Shown piece after piece: positions 1-7,100 of a stretch of 64,000 nucleotides of DNA. A program made the translations under genes and the position numbers. The stretch lies in the IMG/VR virus record IMGVR_UViG_3300021399_000014, positions 2,566 to 66,565 of that record; one strand, 5' to 3'. Source of the stretch: a virus (Duplodnaviria; Caudoviricetes). The stretch's first letter is position 1; every line of letters begins with the position of its first letter. Below the pieces are notes generated by a model that worked only from the letters and a program-made list of their open reading frames with translations, made no database searches and was not told where the DNA came from.

Positions 1-2
1 GA

Positions 3-188
3 AAAATTCTCTATGCGATCCGGGATGATAGAATGAACTCTGTGACTGTTCTGTACAACGACGAAAAACTCGGAGGAGGGATAATCGTTGAGAACGGAAA
101 AGAGGAATGCTACATCTTCAAACCGGAAACAATAGACAAGATGATGGAGCTCATTGAAGAGATGAGAAAGAAAGGAGAAAAGATTTAA
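3..188 (+). CDS. 3' end of a hypothetical protein (5'-truncated by the window)
   Basis: Open frame from position 3 to TAA 186-188 (...ETIDKMMELIEEMRKKGEKI*), followed by a terminator hairpin. Confidence 0.5.
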   Translation, partial: KILYAIRDDRMNSVTVLYNDEKLGGGIIVENGKEECYIFKPETIDKMMELIEEMRKKGEKI

Positions 189-199
189 ATAACTAGAAG

Positions 200-229
200 G
201 AGGGCAGTATAAACAGCTGCTCTCTTTTT
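200..229 (+). terminator. Intrinsic terminator
   Basis: GAGGGCAG...CTGCTCTC stem followed by a T-run. Confidence 0.6.
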
Positions 230-335
230 ATTACACAATGTTTACAATTTATTAATTTTTTGTTAATCTATCACACGAAACGTGCCTACCGGTAGTGTGC
301 GTTCACGAATCTATGTCTAATTAGGAGGTAAGACA

Positions 336-578
336 ATGCGTGGACGTAAGAAACCAACTGACAACAGAGCTAACATCATCAAAGGGCGAGCAAGACTAAA
401 AGGATTAGGCGTATCTGATTTGGCAAAAAGATGCGGCTTATCCCAGAGTACGCTTTATCGTAAGTTAAACAGTCCAGGGGATATTTCACTACTAGAACTG
501 GAGCTTATGGATGAACTTGTGGGGTTTGATGATGCAGACCTTTTATATTTTGTTAGATGGCGGAGGTGCGAGAGATGA
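336..578 (+). CDS. XRE/Cro-like helix-turn-helix regulator
   Basis: GVSDLAKRCGLSQSTLYRKLNSPG HTH pattern; AGGAGG RBS upstream. Confidence 0.75.
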   Translation: MRGRKKPTDNRANIIKGRARLKGLGVSDLAKRCGLSQSTLYRKLNSPGDISLLELELMDELVGFDDADLLYFVRWRRCER

Positions 579-979
579 GTACCGTTATCCGCAATGAGGT
601 AAGCAAGAAGAATCCCTATTATATTTCTAAGCACAGAATGCTGGAGCTTAAACATTTTTGTTTGCAGTACGAAGAATGGAGAAAGGAACGAGCAAAGATT
701 ATGGTACTACAGAGTTACGGATATGAAAAAATTCCCGGGAAGAAAATTTCTGATAAAGTTCCAAAACTTGCAATGAGAGCTGCTATGCTTGACGGATATA
801 TGGATCTCGTGCTCAGGTGCTGTAAGGAGACTGATGCTTATATTTGGACGTGGCTGTTTGAGGCTGTAACCTGCGGGCTTAGCTATGGAACGATGGTTAC
901 GAGAGGTATTCCATGTGGTAAGGATTATTACTACGACAGGTATAGGAAGTTCTTTTGGCTGCTTGATAAAGAGAGATGA
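566..979 (+). CDS. Conserved phage protein, possible transcription regulator (LELKHFCLQY type)
   Basis: ORF track 557..979; ATG at 566 preceded by GGAGG; C-terminal GLSYGTM...YYDRYRKFFWLLD resembles ArpU/RinA-like regulators (recall). Confidence 0.5.
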   Translation: MREMSTVIRNEVSKKNPYYISKHRMLELKHFCLQYEEWRKERAKIMVLQSYGYEKIPGKKISDKVPKLAMRAAMLDGYMDLVLRCCKETDAYIWTWLFEAVTCGLSYGTMVTRGIPCGKDYYYDRYRKFFWLLDKER

Positions 980-986
980 TTATATT

Positions 987-1003
987 TTACAGCTCCTTTA
1001 GTG
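987..1003 (+). promoter_or_regulatory. Phage early promoter motif copy
   Basis: TTACAGCTCCTTTAGTG preceded by GATTATATT. Confidence 0.65.
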
Positions 1004-1033
1004 ACAATAGTGTCGCACAGTAAGGAGGTAAGC

Positions 1034-1285
1034 ATGAACTATAACATCAATGCAACGATCCCTGAGACTGAGGAAATGCCGGTTCCGGATGTATATGGAA
1101 TTGTGAGCAACGGTCACTGGGTTGATGTATTCAACAGCGGCTATGACAAAGAAAAGATCAGGCTGCATTTTGTGTCACCAAGTGGCAAACAGGTTTACGT
1201 AGACATTACGGTAAAAGAGGCGGCAGACCTCAGAAAGGAGTTGAAGGCGGCGACCACATTAGTTCTCATTGCTGAGGACTACTAA
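1034..1285 (+). CDS. Hypothetical protein
   Basis: AAGGAGG RBS then ATG 1034; own promoter and terminator. Confidence 0.7.
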   Translation: MNYNINATIPETEEMPVPDVYGIVSNGHWVDVFNSGYDKEKIRLHFVSPSGKQVYVDITVKEAADLRKELKAATTLVLIAEDY

Positions 1286-1373
1286 GTCAAAAAGGAGAGA
1301 AGGCCATCTACTACAGGTGGTCTTCCTTTTTACTTTGCTGTATACTTATTAAAAACTCAAGGAGGTCTACCAA

Positions 1374-1721
1374 ATGGAAAACGTTAAAATAGTACCTGCG
1401 ATTTGCCCTATGTGTGGAGCTAATATTACAGTAAAACCCGAAGAAGATGCTGCGGTTTGCGAATACTGTGGTAGGGCTTTTATTGTGGATAAAGCTATAG
1501 AGAAATACGATGCCAAATACCATGTCGATAAGATGGAGTACAAAGGAATAGGATATGGCTTAGGCAGAGCTAAGGAACTGGAGCAGCAGAGGAAACTGGA
1601 AGCTGAGAGATTTGACAGAGAGCACTACGAAGATAAGGCCAAGAGCAATACTAGATTCTTCATCTTATTTATGATATTTATTTTTGGGTTAATGATACTA
1701 CTGCACGTTATGATACCGTGA
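1374..1721 (+). CDS. Zinc-ribbon protein with C-terminal transmembrane helix
   Basis: CPMCGA...CEYCG motifs; hydrophobic tail FFILFMIFIFGLMILLHVMIP. Confidence 0.7.
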   Translation: MENVKIVPAICPMCGANITVKPEEDAAVCEYCGRAFIVDKAIEKYDAKYHVDKMEYKGIGYGLGRAKELEQQRKLEAERFDREHYEDKAKSNTRFFILFMIFIFGLMILLHVMIP

Positions 1722-1728
1722 TTAAGTA

Positions 1729-1746
1729 TTACAGCTCCTATAATAG
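1729..1746 (+). promoter_or_regulatory. Phage early promoter motif copy
   Basis: TTACAGCTCCTATAATAG (consensus). Confidence 0.75.
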
Positions 1747-1776
1747 CAATAATGCTGATTTAAAAGGAGGTAAATC

Positions 1777-2034
1777 ATGAAACTTTATTACGACCCGGCG
1801 GGGAATAAGCGCAAAATGAGCAACAAGTTTAGTATCATGAATATGGTAGAAGCGGAGGAATCTCGGATTATTGTGACCGGAAGTCCTGCCGACATTCGCA
1901 AAATGATGAGGGTCGCTGAACAGTATGGCTTTATCAGCTATCACTGCGGCAGACCGATCATGAGGGAAGGTAGGATTTACGAATTGCATGTCGTAGAGGG
2001 AGAGCCCTTCTACCATATCTACAGAGCAGTCTAA
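1777..2034 (+). CDS. Hypothetical protein, paralogue of 3895..4170
   Basis: Shared KKMSxxF...GSPxDIRKxxRV motif; RBS AGGAGG. Confidence 0.7.
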   Translation: MKLYYDPAGNKRKMSNKFSIMNMVEAEESRIIVTGSPADIRKMMRVAEQYGFISYHCGRPIMREGRIYELHVVEGEPFYHIYRAV

Positions 2035-2060
2035 ACGGCTGCTCATTTTTTGTTCATAAT

Positions 2061-2078
2061 TTACAGCTCCTATAATAG
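2061..2078 (+). promoter_or_regulatory. Phage early promoter motif copy
   Basis: TTACAGCTCCTATAATAG (consensus). Confidence 0.75.
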
Positions 2079-2114
2079 CAATAATGCTGATTCAAAAAAT
2101 AGGAGGAAACTATC

Positions 2115-2318
2115 ATGAAGATGAGCGAGATTATGAGGTACGCTATTTTGGGATATATTTGCGTTGCATTGGCTCTTACACTCATAGGAGTGTTTACGGA
2201 AACATTTGCATTCGCAGGATATCTTCTTGCGATAGCGCTGCCAATTACGATCTTTGGATCGGTAGCAATAATATTTGTAGAAGAGCATGAGGAGCGAAAG
2301 GAGAGCAAGGGTCTTTAA
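2115..2318 (+). CDS. Small two-TM membrane protein
   Basis: Two hydrophobic segments and a charged tail; RBS AGGAGG. Confidence 0.7.
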   Translation: MKMSEIMRYAILGYICVALALTLIGVFTETFAFAGYLLAIALPITIFGSVAIIFVEEHEERKESKGL

Positions 2319-2348
2319 CAGGCCCTTCTCTTTTTGCCTGTACCATTT

Positions 2349-2366
2349 TTACAATTCGTATAATAG
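2349..2366 (+). promoter_or_regulatory. Phage early promoter motif copy
   Basis: TTACAATTCGTATAATAG. Confidence 0.65.
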
Positions 2367-2397
2367 CAATAATGCTCATTATAAGGAGGATAACAAA

Positions 2398-2766
2398 ATG
2401 AGAAAAATGGTATATGTATTTGTAACAGTAGTTATGATGGTACTTAGCGGAATGCCGGTTATGGCAAAAGAGGCTAAGGTATCGGAAACAAAGGAAGCAA
2501 AAACATACACATTCTCGGACGTTGTGGACGAGATTGAGTATTATGGCATCGAAGAAGAGGAGACTGAGAAAATTGTCTCCGTGGTGAAGAACGTTAACTA
2601 TGACACCGAGAACTATACTCTCGTGATCACATACAGTGAGCCCACCGATGATGGATTCGAATGGATTTCCATTACAGTAGATAATGGAATGATCGAACTC
2701 CAGGCAAAGGGGCCCGGCTGCGTTGTGGCGGCAGAGTATACGTATCGGGAGTTCATGGAACAGTAA
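2398..2766 (+). CDS. Secreted or membrane-anchored acidic protein
   Basis: Signal-peptide-like MRKMVYVFVTVVMMVLSGMPVMA followed by an E/D-rich domain; RBS AAGGAGG. Confidence 0.7.
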   Translation: MRKMVYVFVTVVMMVLSGMPVMAKEAKVSETKEAKTYTFSDVVDEIEYYGIEEEETEKIVSVVKNVNYDTENYTLVITYSEPTDDGFEWISITVDNGMIELQAKGPGCVVAAEYTYREFMEQ

Positions 2767-2816
2767 TCGGCACGGAGTGAGGAGTAACAGCTCCTCCTCT
2801 TTTTTTTGCTTGTTTT

Positions 2817-2834
2817 TTACGACTCCTATAATAG
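2817..2834 (+). promoter_or_regulatory. Phage early promoter motif copy
   Basis: TTACGACTCCTATAATAG. Confidence 0.65.
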
Positions 2835-2862
2835 AAAAACTATTTTTCAAAGGAGGATTATC

Positions 2863-3162
2863 ATGAATAAAATTGATTATGAGGAACTCGTTGAAAAGCT
2901 TGAGGCTGATGGCTTTATTAAGAGAAAAGATAAAGAGGTCGTACCTCAGACGTATTTCAAGCAGGCAATCGAGCATATGAGCCAGAAGTATTCGGATAAC
3001 GACAGTGATGCTATTCACGGTGGTTGGGGTACTGCATGGGATCAGGTTCGTAAACTTGTGTTGTGGTCGTATGGGGCGCGGACTGTATCTTGGATGAAGA
3101 AAGAACAGCAGCAAGAAGCTAACGATAAGGCGATTGCATTGATCGATATCTTATTTGAGTGA
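2863..3162 (+). CDS. Hypothetical protein
   Basis: RBS AAGGAGG then ATG 2863; terminator follows. Confidence 0.7.
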   Translation: MNKIDYEELVEKLEADGFIKRKDKEVVPQTYFKQAIEHMSQKYSDNDSDAIHGGWGTAWDQVRKLVLWSYGARTVSWMKKEQQQEANDKAIALIDILFE

Positions 3163-3226
3163 TGGTTTAAAAGAAGATTCACTATCGCAGTGGGTCTTCT
3201 TTTTTCGACTTTTTGGTGTACATAAA

Positions 3227-3244
3227 TTACAGCTCTTATAATAG
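3227..3244 (+). promoter_or_regulatory. Phage early promoter motif copy
   Basis: TTACAGCTCTTATAATAG preceded by GTGTACATAAA. Confidence 0.7.
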
Positions 3245-3288
3245 AAAGATTAACTATTTATATAGTTCTTTATTATAGGAGGTAAATT

Positions 3289-3369
3289 ATGGCAATTATC
3301 ATGTTAATAGGTATCATCATCGTTCGTATTGGAATGGATGCAATTGACATCCAGGAAGGTAGAGCATGA
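3289..3369 (+). CDS. 26-aa hydrophobic peptide (not in ORF track)
   Basis: MAIIMLIGIIIVRIGMDAIDIQEGRA*, AGGAGG RBS, downstream of a promoter motif. Confidence 0.5.
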   Translation: MAIIMLIGIIIVRIGMDAIDIQEGRA

Positions 3370-3458
3370 TGAGAAGAATACTAGAAATGATATTTGGCAA
3401 AAAACTGAATAAGGAACAATTAGAATGGACTATATATCTTGAGGAATTTGGAGCATAA
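3366..3458 (+). CDS. 30-aa peptide coupled to the previous ORF
   Basis: ATGA overlap; MMRRILEMIFGKKLNKEQLEWTIYLEEFGA*. Confidence 0.4.
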   Translation: MMRRILEMIFGKKLNKEQLEWTIYLEEFGA

Positions 3459-3496
3459 CTTACGGCTCCTATTCCTTTTTGTTTTCTGATTATATT

Positions 3497-3514
3497 TTAC
3501 AGCTCCTATAATAG
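3497..3514 (+). promoter_or_regulatory. Phage early promoter motif copy
   Basis: TTACAGCTCCTATAATAG preceded by GATTATATT. Confidence 0.75.
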
Positions 3515-3547
3515 CTATAAATCTATATAAAAAAGGAGGATTTTAAA

Positions 3548-3823
3548 ATGAATAAACTTTGGAATGTTGTAATAAACCTAGTCGAGCTGAATGACGAAGA
3601 GCTATGGAAACTTTTCGCATTCTACGAGATCATAGGAGTAATCTTCTCAATAGGAGTAACGGCTATCATCGGATGGCTTGTCGGCTTAATCGTCGGCATG
3701 GCACCGTATGCTAGTGAGCTGTTCCTGGGATGGTTGATTATCTATCTCGTAGTAGAGAGGTGGTTCATAGTAGAAGTTCTGGCTGACTGGATCGAAGCGT
3801 TCAAAGGGGAATGGAAAATCTAA
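3548..3823 (+). CDS. Membrane protein
   Basis: Long hydrophobic stretches; RBS AGGAGG. Confidence 0.7.
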   Translation: MNKLWNVVINLVELNDEELWKLFAFYEIIGVIFSIGVTAIIGWLVGLIVGMAPYASELFLGWLIIYLVVERWFIVEVLADWIEAFKGEWKI

Positions 3824-3894
3824 CAAAAAGAAAGGAGTAGCGTTCAAAGAGCATCTTAACGGGTGCTCTTTGTTTTTTAAGAAAGGAGAAACAT

Positions 3895-4170
3895 ATGTAC
3901 GTACACTTATTAGGCAAGGGAACCTACAAAAAGAAGATGAGTAAGCAGTTCAAAGATGAGAGCTTCATTGATGAGGATGGTTACATCATATATTCGTTTC
4001 AGGGAAGTCCTTCAGACATTCGCAAGGTGGCCAGGGTATTCGAGAAATACTATGGAAAACGCGACGCGGACCCCCATTGGACTTATCAAGTCATGCAGCA
4101 TAACTTTTTAATGGAATACCCGATCGATATAGCTACTTGCGACGGCCGAAATTTTTATGACATTTTCTGA
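3895..4170 (+). CDS. Hypothetical protein, paralogue of 1777..2034
   Basis: Shared motif GSPSDIRKVARV; RBS GAAAGGAG. Confidence 0.7.
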   Translation: MYVHLLGKGTYKKKMSKQFKDESFIDEDGYIIYSFQGSPSDIRKVARVFEKYYGKRDADPHWTYQVMQHNFLMEYPIDIATCDGRNFYDIF

Positions 4171-4177
4171 TTATATT

Positions 4178-4194
4178 TTACAAGCCTTTTAGTG
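4178..4194 (+). promoter_or_regulatory. Phage early promoter motif copy
   Basis: TTACAAGCCTTTTAGTG preceded by GATTATATT. Confidence 0.6.
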
Positions 4195-4224
4195 ACAAAT
4201 TATGTCGCAGAGAAAGGAGAGTAT

Positions 4225-4557
4225 ATGATTGTTGAAATGTTTTGTGGAGCAGCGGCTGGAGCATACATCTATCATCATGCGAAGGGATTAGTAGAGGCGG
4301 TACGCGAGTACAAGGAGACTAAGAAGGAAACCGCTAGAAAACTTGTTGAGCTTGAGGAAGCAAAGAGGGACCTTGAGCGTTTCAAGGAACTCAAAGCTAG
4401 ACTCGAGCAGGAAAAAGAGAAAGCGGAATCCGACAGACGATTCTACAGGAACTTGTGTAAGCAAGCGGATCTGTTAATCTCGCCAGATGATAGCATAGAG
4501 GAGTTCAGCCGCAAGATGAAAAAAGACAATACTGTAATAGTATTCGACGAAGACTAA
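4225..4557 (+). CDS. Small N-anchored coiled-coil protein
   Basis: GAAAGAYIY hydrophobic start, then a K/E-rich heptad region; RBS GAAAGGAG. Confidence 0.7.
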   Translation: MIVEMFCGAAAGAYIYHHAKGLVEAVREYKETKKETARKLVELEEAKRDLERFKELKARLEQEKEKAESDRRFYRNLCKQADLLISPDDSIEEFSRKMKKDNTVIVFDED

Positions 4558-4612
4558 GTTGTCAGAAGAGGAGGTCTACATGGCCTCTTCTTTTTTTTCA
4601 AATGTTCGCGTT

Positions 4613-4630
4613 TTACAAGCTTTATTATAG
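4613..4630 (+). promoter_or_regulatory. Phage early promoter motif copy
   Basis: TTACAAGCTTTATTATAG. Confidence 0.6.
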
Positions 4631-4750
4631 AAACAATGCTTGAAGAGGACACTCGTGATGGGGGCGTGCTATGGCGTTAGTCGCAAGCAAAGTAAGCCAA
4701 TGGATTCTACGGAGACTGAATCTATGCTGAACATAGCAGTTTCTATTTAT
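4627..4750 (+). ncRNA. Candidate structured small RNA
   Basis: Promoter motif upstream, no RBS-linked ORF, ATAGAAAC pairs with GTTTCTAT at the far end, internal hairpins, T-rich end. Confidence 0.4.
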
Positions 4751-4774
4751 TTTTTATTTTTTGGTGTACATAAA

Positions 4775-4792
4775 TTACAGCCCGTATAGTAG
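4775..4792 (+). promoter_or_regulatory. Phage early promoter motif copy
   Basis: TTACAGCCCGTATAGTAG preceded by GTGTACATAAA. Confidence 0.65.
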
Positions 4793-4872
4793 AGAGAAAG
4801 GAGGTGAATTAGACTATTTCCCATCTGAGGCAAATCTATGGCACATCATTTTTCATATCTAAACACACAAGG

Positions 4873-4911
4873 AGAGGTCTTGGTAGAAATATCACGGCCT
4901 CTCTTCTTTTT
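4873..4911 (+). terminator. Intrinsic terminator (near-identical copy at about 6019-6056)
   Basis: GAGAGGTCTTGGTAGAAATATCACGGCCTCTC + T-run versus AAGAGGTCTTGATAGAAATATCAGGGCCTCTT + T-run. Confidence 0.65.
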
Positions 4912-4963
4912 TGCCGCACGTGGGTGACAACAGTAGCAATTATATTTGTAGAAAGGAGACAAT

Positions 4964-5212
4964 ATGAAAGAAGTGTACATGGTAATTTTTGATGGCTATC
5001 GTGGAGGGTACGGATCGTATTCTTATCTTCTTGGTATATACGAATCCGAAAAAGAAGCAAAAAAGGCAACAGAAGGAATTCCTGAAGAAATTAGATCTGA
5101 TGATACCGCCGTCTGCATTATGCCTATGACATTAAATAAAACGCTCGACATATACAAAGACAGATGGGGAGATTACCACACTGAGTGCTGTTTAGGAGGG
5201 TATTCGGAATAA
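4964..5212 (+). CDS. Hypothetical protein
   Basis: RBS GAAAGGAG; ORF track. Confidence 0.7.
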   Translation: MKEVYMVIFDGYRGGYGSYSYLLGIYESEKEAKKATEGIPEEIRSDDTAVCIMPMTLNKTLDIYKDRWGDYHTECCLGGYSE

Positions 5213-5466
5213 TGTTTAATTATCACATTCCTTTAATCATTGCAGTAATTTTGTGCTTGCTGTGTATACTGATCGGCTTTGGAATAGGGACGTTTATCAT
5301 ATGCCCGCCGAAGGAGATGACTGATGGGGATCTGGTTATCGAGGTAGATAAGCAGTCGAACCAGATAAATATGTATTTGGCGTTGAATACCAGCCCGGTT
5401 CAGATAATAAGAGAATACCATACAGGAGATCTGGCTCACTTGCGGATGCTTATCAAAGATGTCTGA
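5212..5466 (+). CDS. N-terminal TM protein
   Basis: TAATG coupling to the previous gene; hydrophobic N-terminus. Confidence 0.65.
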   Translation: MFNYHIPLIIAVILCLLCILIGFGIGTFIICPPKEMTDGDLVIEVDKQSNQINMYLALNTSPVQIIREYHTGDLAHLRMLIKDV

Positions 5467-5469
5467 CAA

Positions 5470-5487
5470 TTACAGCTCCTATAGTGG
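5470..5487 (+). promoter_or_regulatory. Phage early promoter motif copy
   Basis: TTACAGCTCCTATAGTGG. Confidence 0.65.
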
Positions 5488-5521
5488 TAACTGTCAATTA
5501 TATTTGTAGAAAGGAGTAAAT

Positions 5522-6004
5522 ATGACAGAAGCTGAAGAATTGAGGAATCTGATAGTGAGTGATGTCCTCAAGCAGTACAAGGAGGAAGAAGATACTGAAG
5601 TCAGGATCGACCTGAACACGCTCGATTGCTTGACCAATATCATATCGAGCAACAAGAAAGCGGAAGCCGAACTTGAGCGGATCAAGATGGAGCTGGAGAA
5701 GGCCGAGATGGAGAATCGTCTCGAGCTCGAAAAGCAGAAAATCGAAATCGAGGCCAGAATGGAACTCGAGAGACAGAAAGCTGAATTCGAGGTTGAGAAG
5801 ACCAAGATCGAAGCTGAGGCTGGTAACAAGAGATCAACCAAGGACGTCGTCCGCACTGTTATCGACGTGGCCGGCAAGCTGGTAGTGGCGGGGTTGACCC
5901 TATTCGGCATCTGGAAGCAGACTAGTACTGTGGAAAGGGCAGAGGAACAGGAAACATACGTTAGATCCGATTCGCAGAAATTCTGGATTAAACCCAGATT
6001 GTAA
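5522..6004 (+). CDS. Coiled-coil protein with near-C-terminal TM helix
   Basis: E/K-rich heptads then VAGKLVVAGLTLFGIW; RBS GAAAGGAG. Confidence 0.7.
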   Translation: MTEAEELRNLIVSDVLKQYKEEEDTEVRIDLNTLDCLTNIISSNKKAEAELERIKMELEKAEMENRLELEKQKIEIEARMELERQKAEFEVEKTKIEAEAGNKRSTKDVVRTVIDVAGKLVVAGLTLFGIWKQTSTVERAEEQETYVRSDSQKFWIKPRL

Positions 6005-6078
6005 TTGAGTTACCGAATAAGAGGTCTTGATAGAAATATCAGGGCCTCTTTGTTTTTCGACTTTTTGATGTACACAAT

Positions 6079-6096
6079 TTACAGTTTCTATAATAG
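6079..6096 (+). promoter_or_regulatory. Phage early promoter motif copy
   Basis: TTACAGTTTCTATAATAG. Confidence 0.65.
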
Positions 6097-6134
6097 AAAC
6101 TTATTATATTTGTTTTTAGGAAAGGAGGAGAACA

Positions 6135-6197
6135 ATGTCGTTTGGTATTGTGCTTATTTTACTTGGTGTTGCTTGGATCATATTCGTAGATAAGTAA
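6135..6197 (+). CDS. 20-aa single-TM peptide (not in ORF track)
   Basis: MSFGIVLILLGVAWIIFVDK*; AAGGAGGAG RBS; own promoter and terminator. Confidence 0.55.
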   Translation: MSFGIVLILLGVAWIIFVDK

Positions 6198-6272
6198 CAC
6201 CAAAAGAGGAGTACATGCGAAAAGTGTGACTCCTCTTTTCTTTTTGACTGATTATATTTTAGGAGGTACAAA

Positions 6273-6692
6273 ATGGGAGCCGTATATGATATTTATTTAA
6301 CTCTGCGCGGAATAGAGGACGAAGACGAGATTGTAAGAAAAACAGCGGAATTCGTAGCAAATCATCCTAGCTATCGATTTGTGGACGCAGCATATAAACT
6401 CGATGAGAATTCGACTTTACTTGATGCACTGGATTCGATCTTTGGCGGATATGTTACTTCGACCTATTACGAAGAGGACAATTTTGGAAGATGCATACCG
6501 GAGCCGGACGAGTTCACCGCGCAATTTGACGCTGGCTATGGCTGGGCCGATGCTATGACGGAATGGTTCGAGTATATTAATCCTGCGTTAGGGGTCACTT
6601 CGAGTCTTCGTATTTATCCAGACGAACATCCGATAAAGATGATCAAATGGAGTAATGGCGAGATTGTTGACGGTGATCTTGCTAAGCTCTGA
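6273..6692 (+). CDS. Acidic hypothetical protein
   Basis: RBS AGGAGG; strongly D/E-rich. Confidence 0.7.
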   Translation: MGAVYDIYLTLRGIEDEDEIVRKTAEFVANHPSYRFVDAAYKLDENSTLLDALDSIFGGYVTSTYYEEDNFGRCIPEPDEFTAQFDAGYGWADAMTEWFEYINPALGVTSSLRIYPDEHPIKMIKWSNGEIVDGDLAKL

Positions 6693-6699
6693 TTATATT

Positions 6700-6717
6700 T
6701 TACAGCCATTATTATAG
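6700..6717 (+). promoter_or_regulatory. Phage early promoter motif copy
   Basis: TTACAGCCATTATTATAG preceded by GATTATATT. Confidence 0.65.
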
Positions 6718-6748
6718 ACACTAAAAACTTGCCTAAAGGAGGTACAAA

Positions 6749-7006
6749 ATGGCAAAGAAAGTTATTGAAACTGTTGTGAAAGTAGCGTGCGGTCTTACTA
6801 AGATCGGAATCTTCGGCTATGCATTCGGGGCTGGCGTTACTGCGGTAGCTGGTGCATTTGCATCAACATTTGTCGCAGGAGCTGAGACCGGAATGCTGGT
6901 TGCGGATAAGGTCAAGAAGGACGGCACAGACACTGGCACTGACAGCGAAAACTCAGAGCCTGAAGATGAAGAGACTCAGGACAAGGTAACGTTTACTGAA
7001 GAGTGA
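6749..7006 (+). CDS. Small Gly/Ala-rich membrane protein with acidic tail
   Basis: GIFGYAFGAGVTAVAGAFA helix; tail DSENSEPEDEE. Confidence 0.7.
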   Translation: MAKKVIETVVKVACGLTKIGIFGYAFGAGVTAVAGAFASTFVAGAETGMLVADKVKKDGTDTGTDSENSEPEDEETQDKVTFTEE

Positions 7007-7100
7007 TCTATTCAGAGAGTCATCCATAATATTGGGTGACTCTCTTTTTTTCTTACCGTAGGAGGTATCGATTATATTCTGAAAGGAGACCAAATTGAGT

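Noticed and set aside
3480-3514. Early motif as a standard sigma-A promoter
   Set aside because: No TTGACA-like hexamer lies 16-18 nt upstream of TATAAT in the copies inspected; the conserved TTACA is only 5 nt away.
4627-4750. tRNA gene
   Set aside because: No T-loop GTTCRA, D-arm or CCA pattern; kept only as a generic sRNA candidate. No tRNA was noticed elsewhere.
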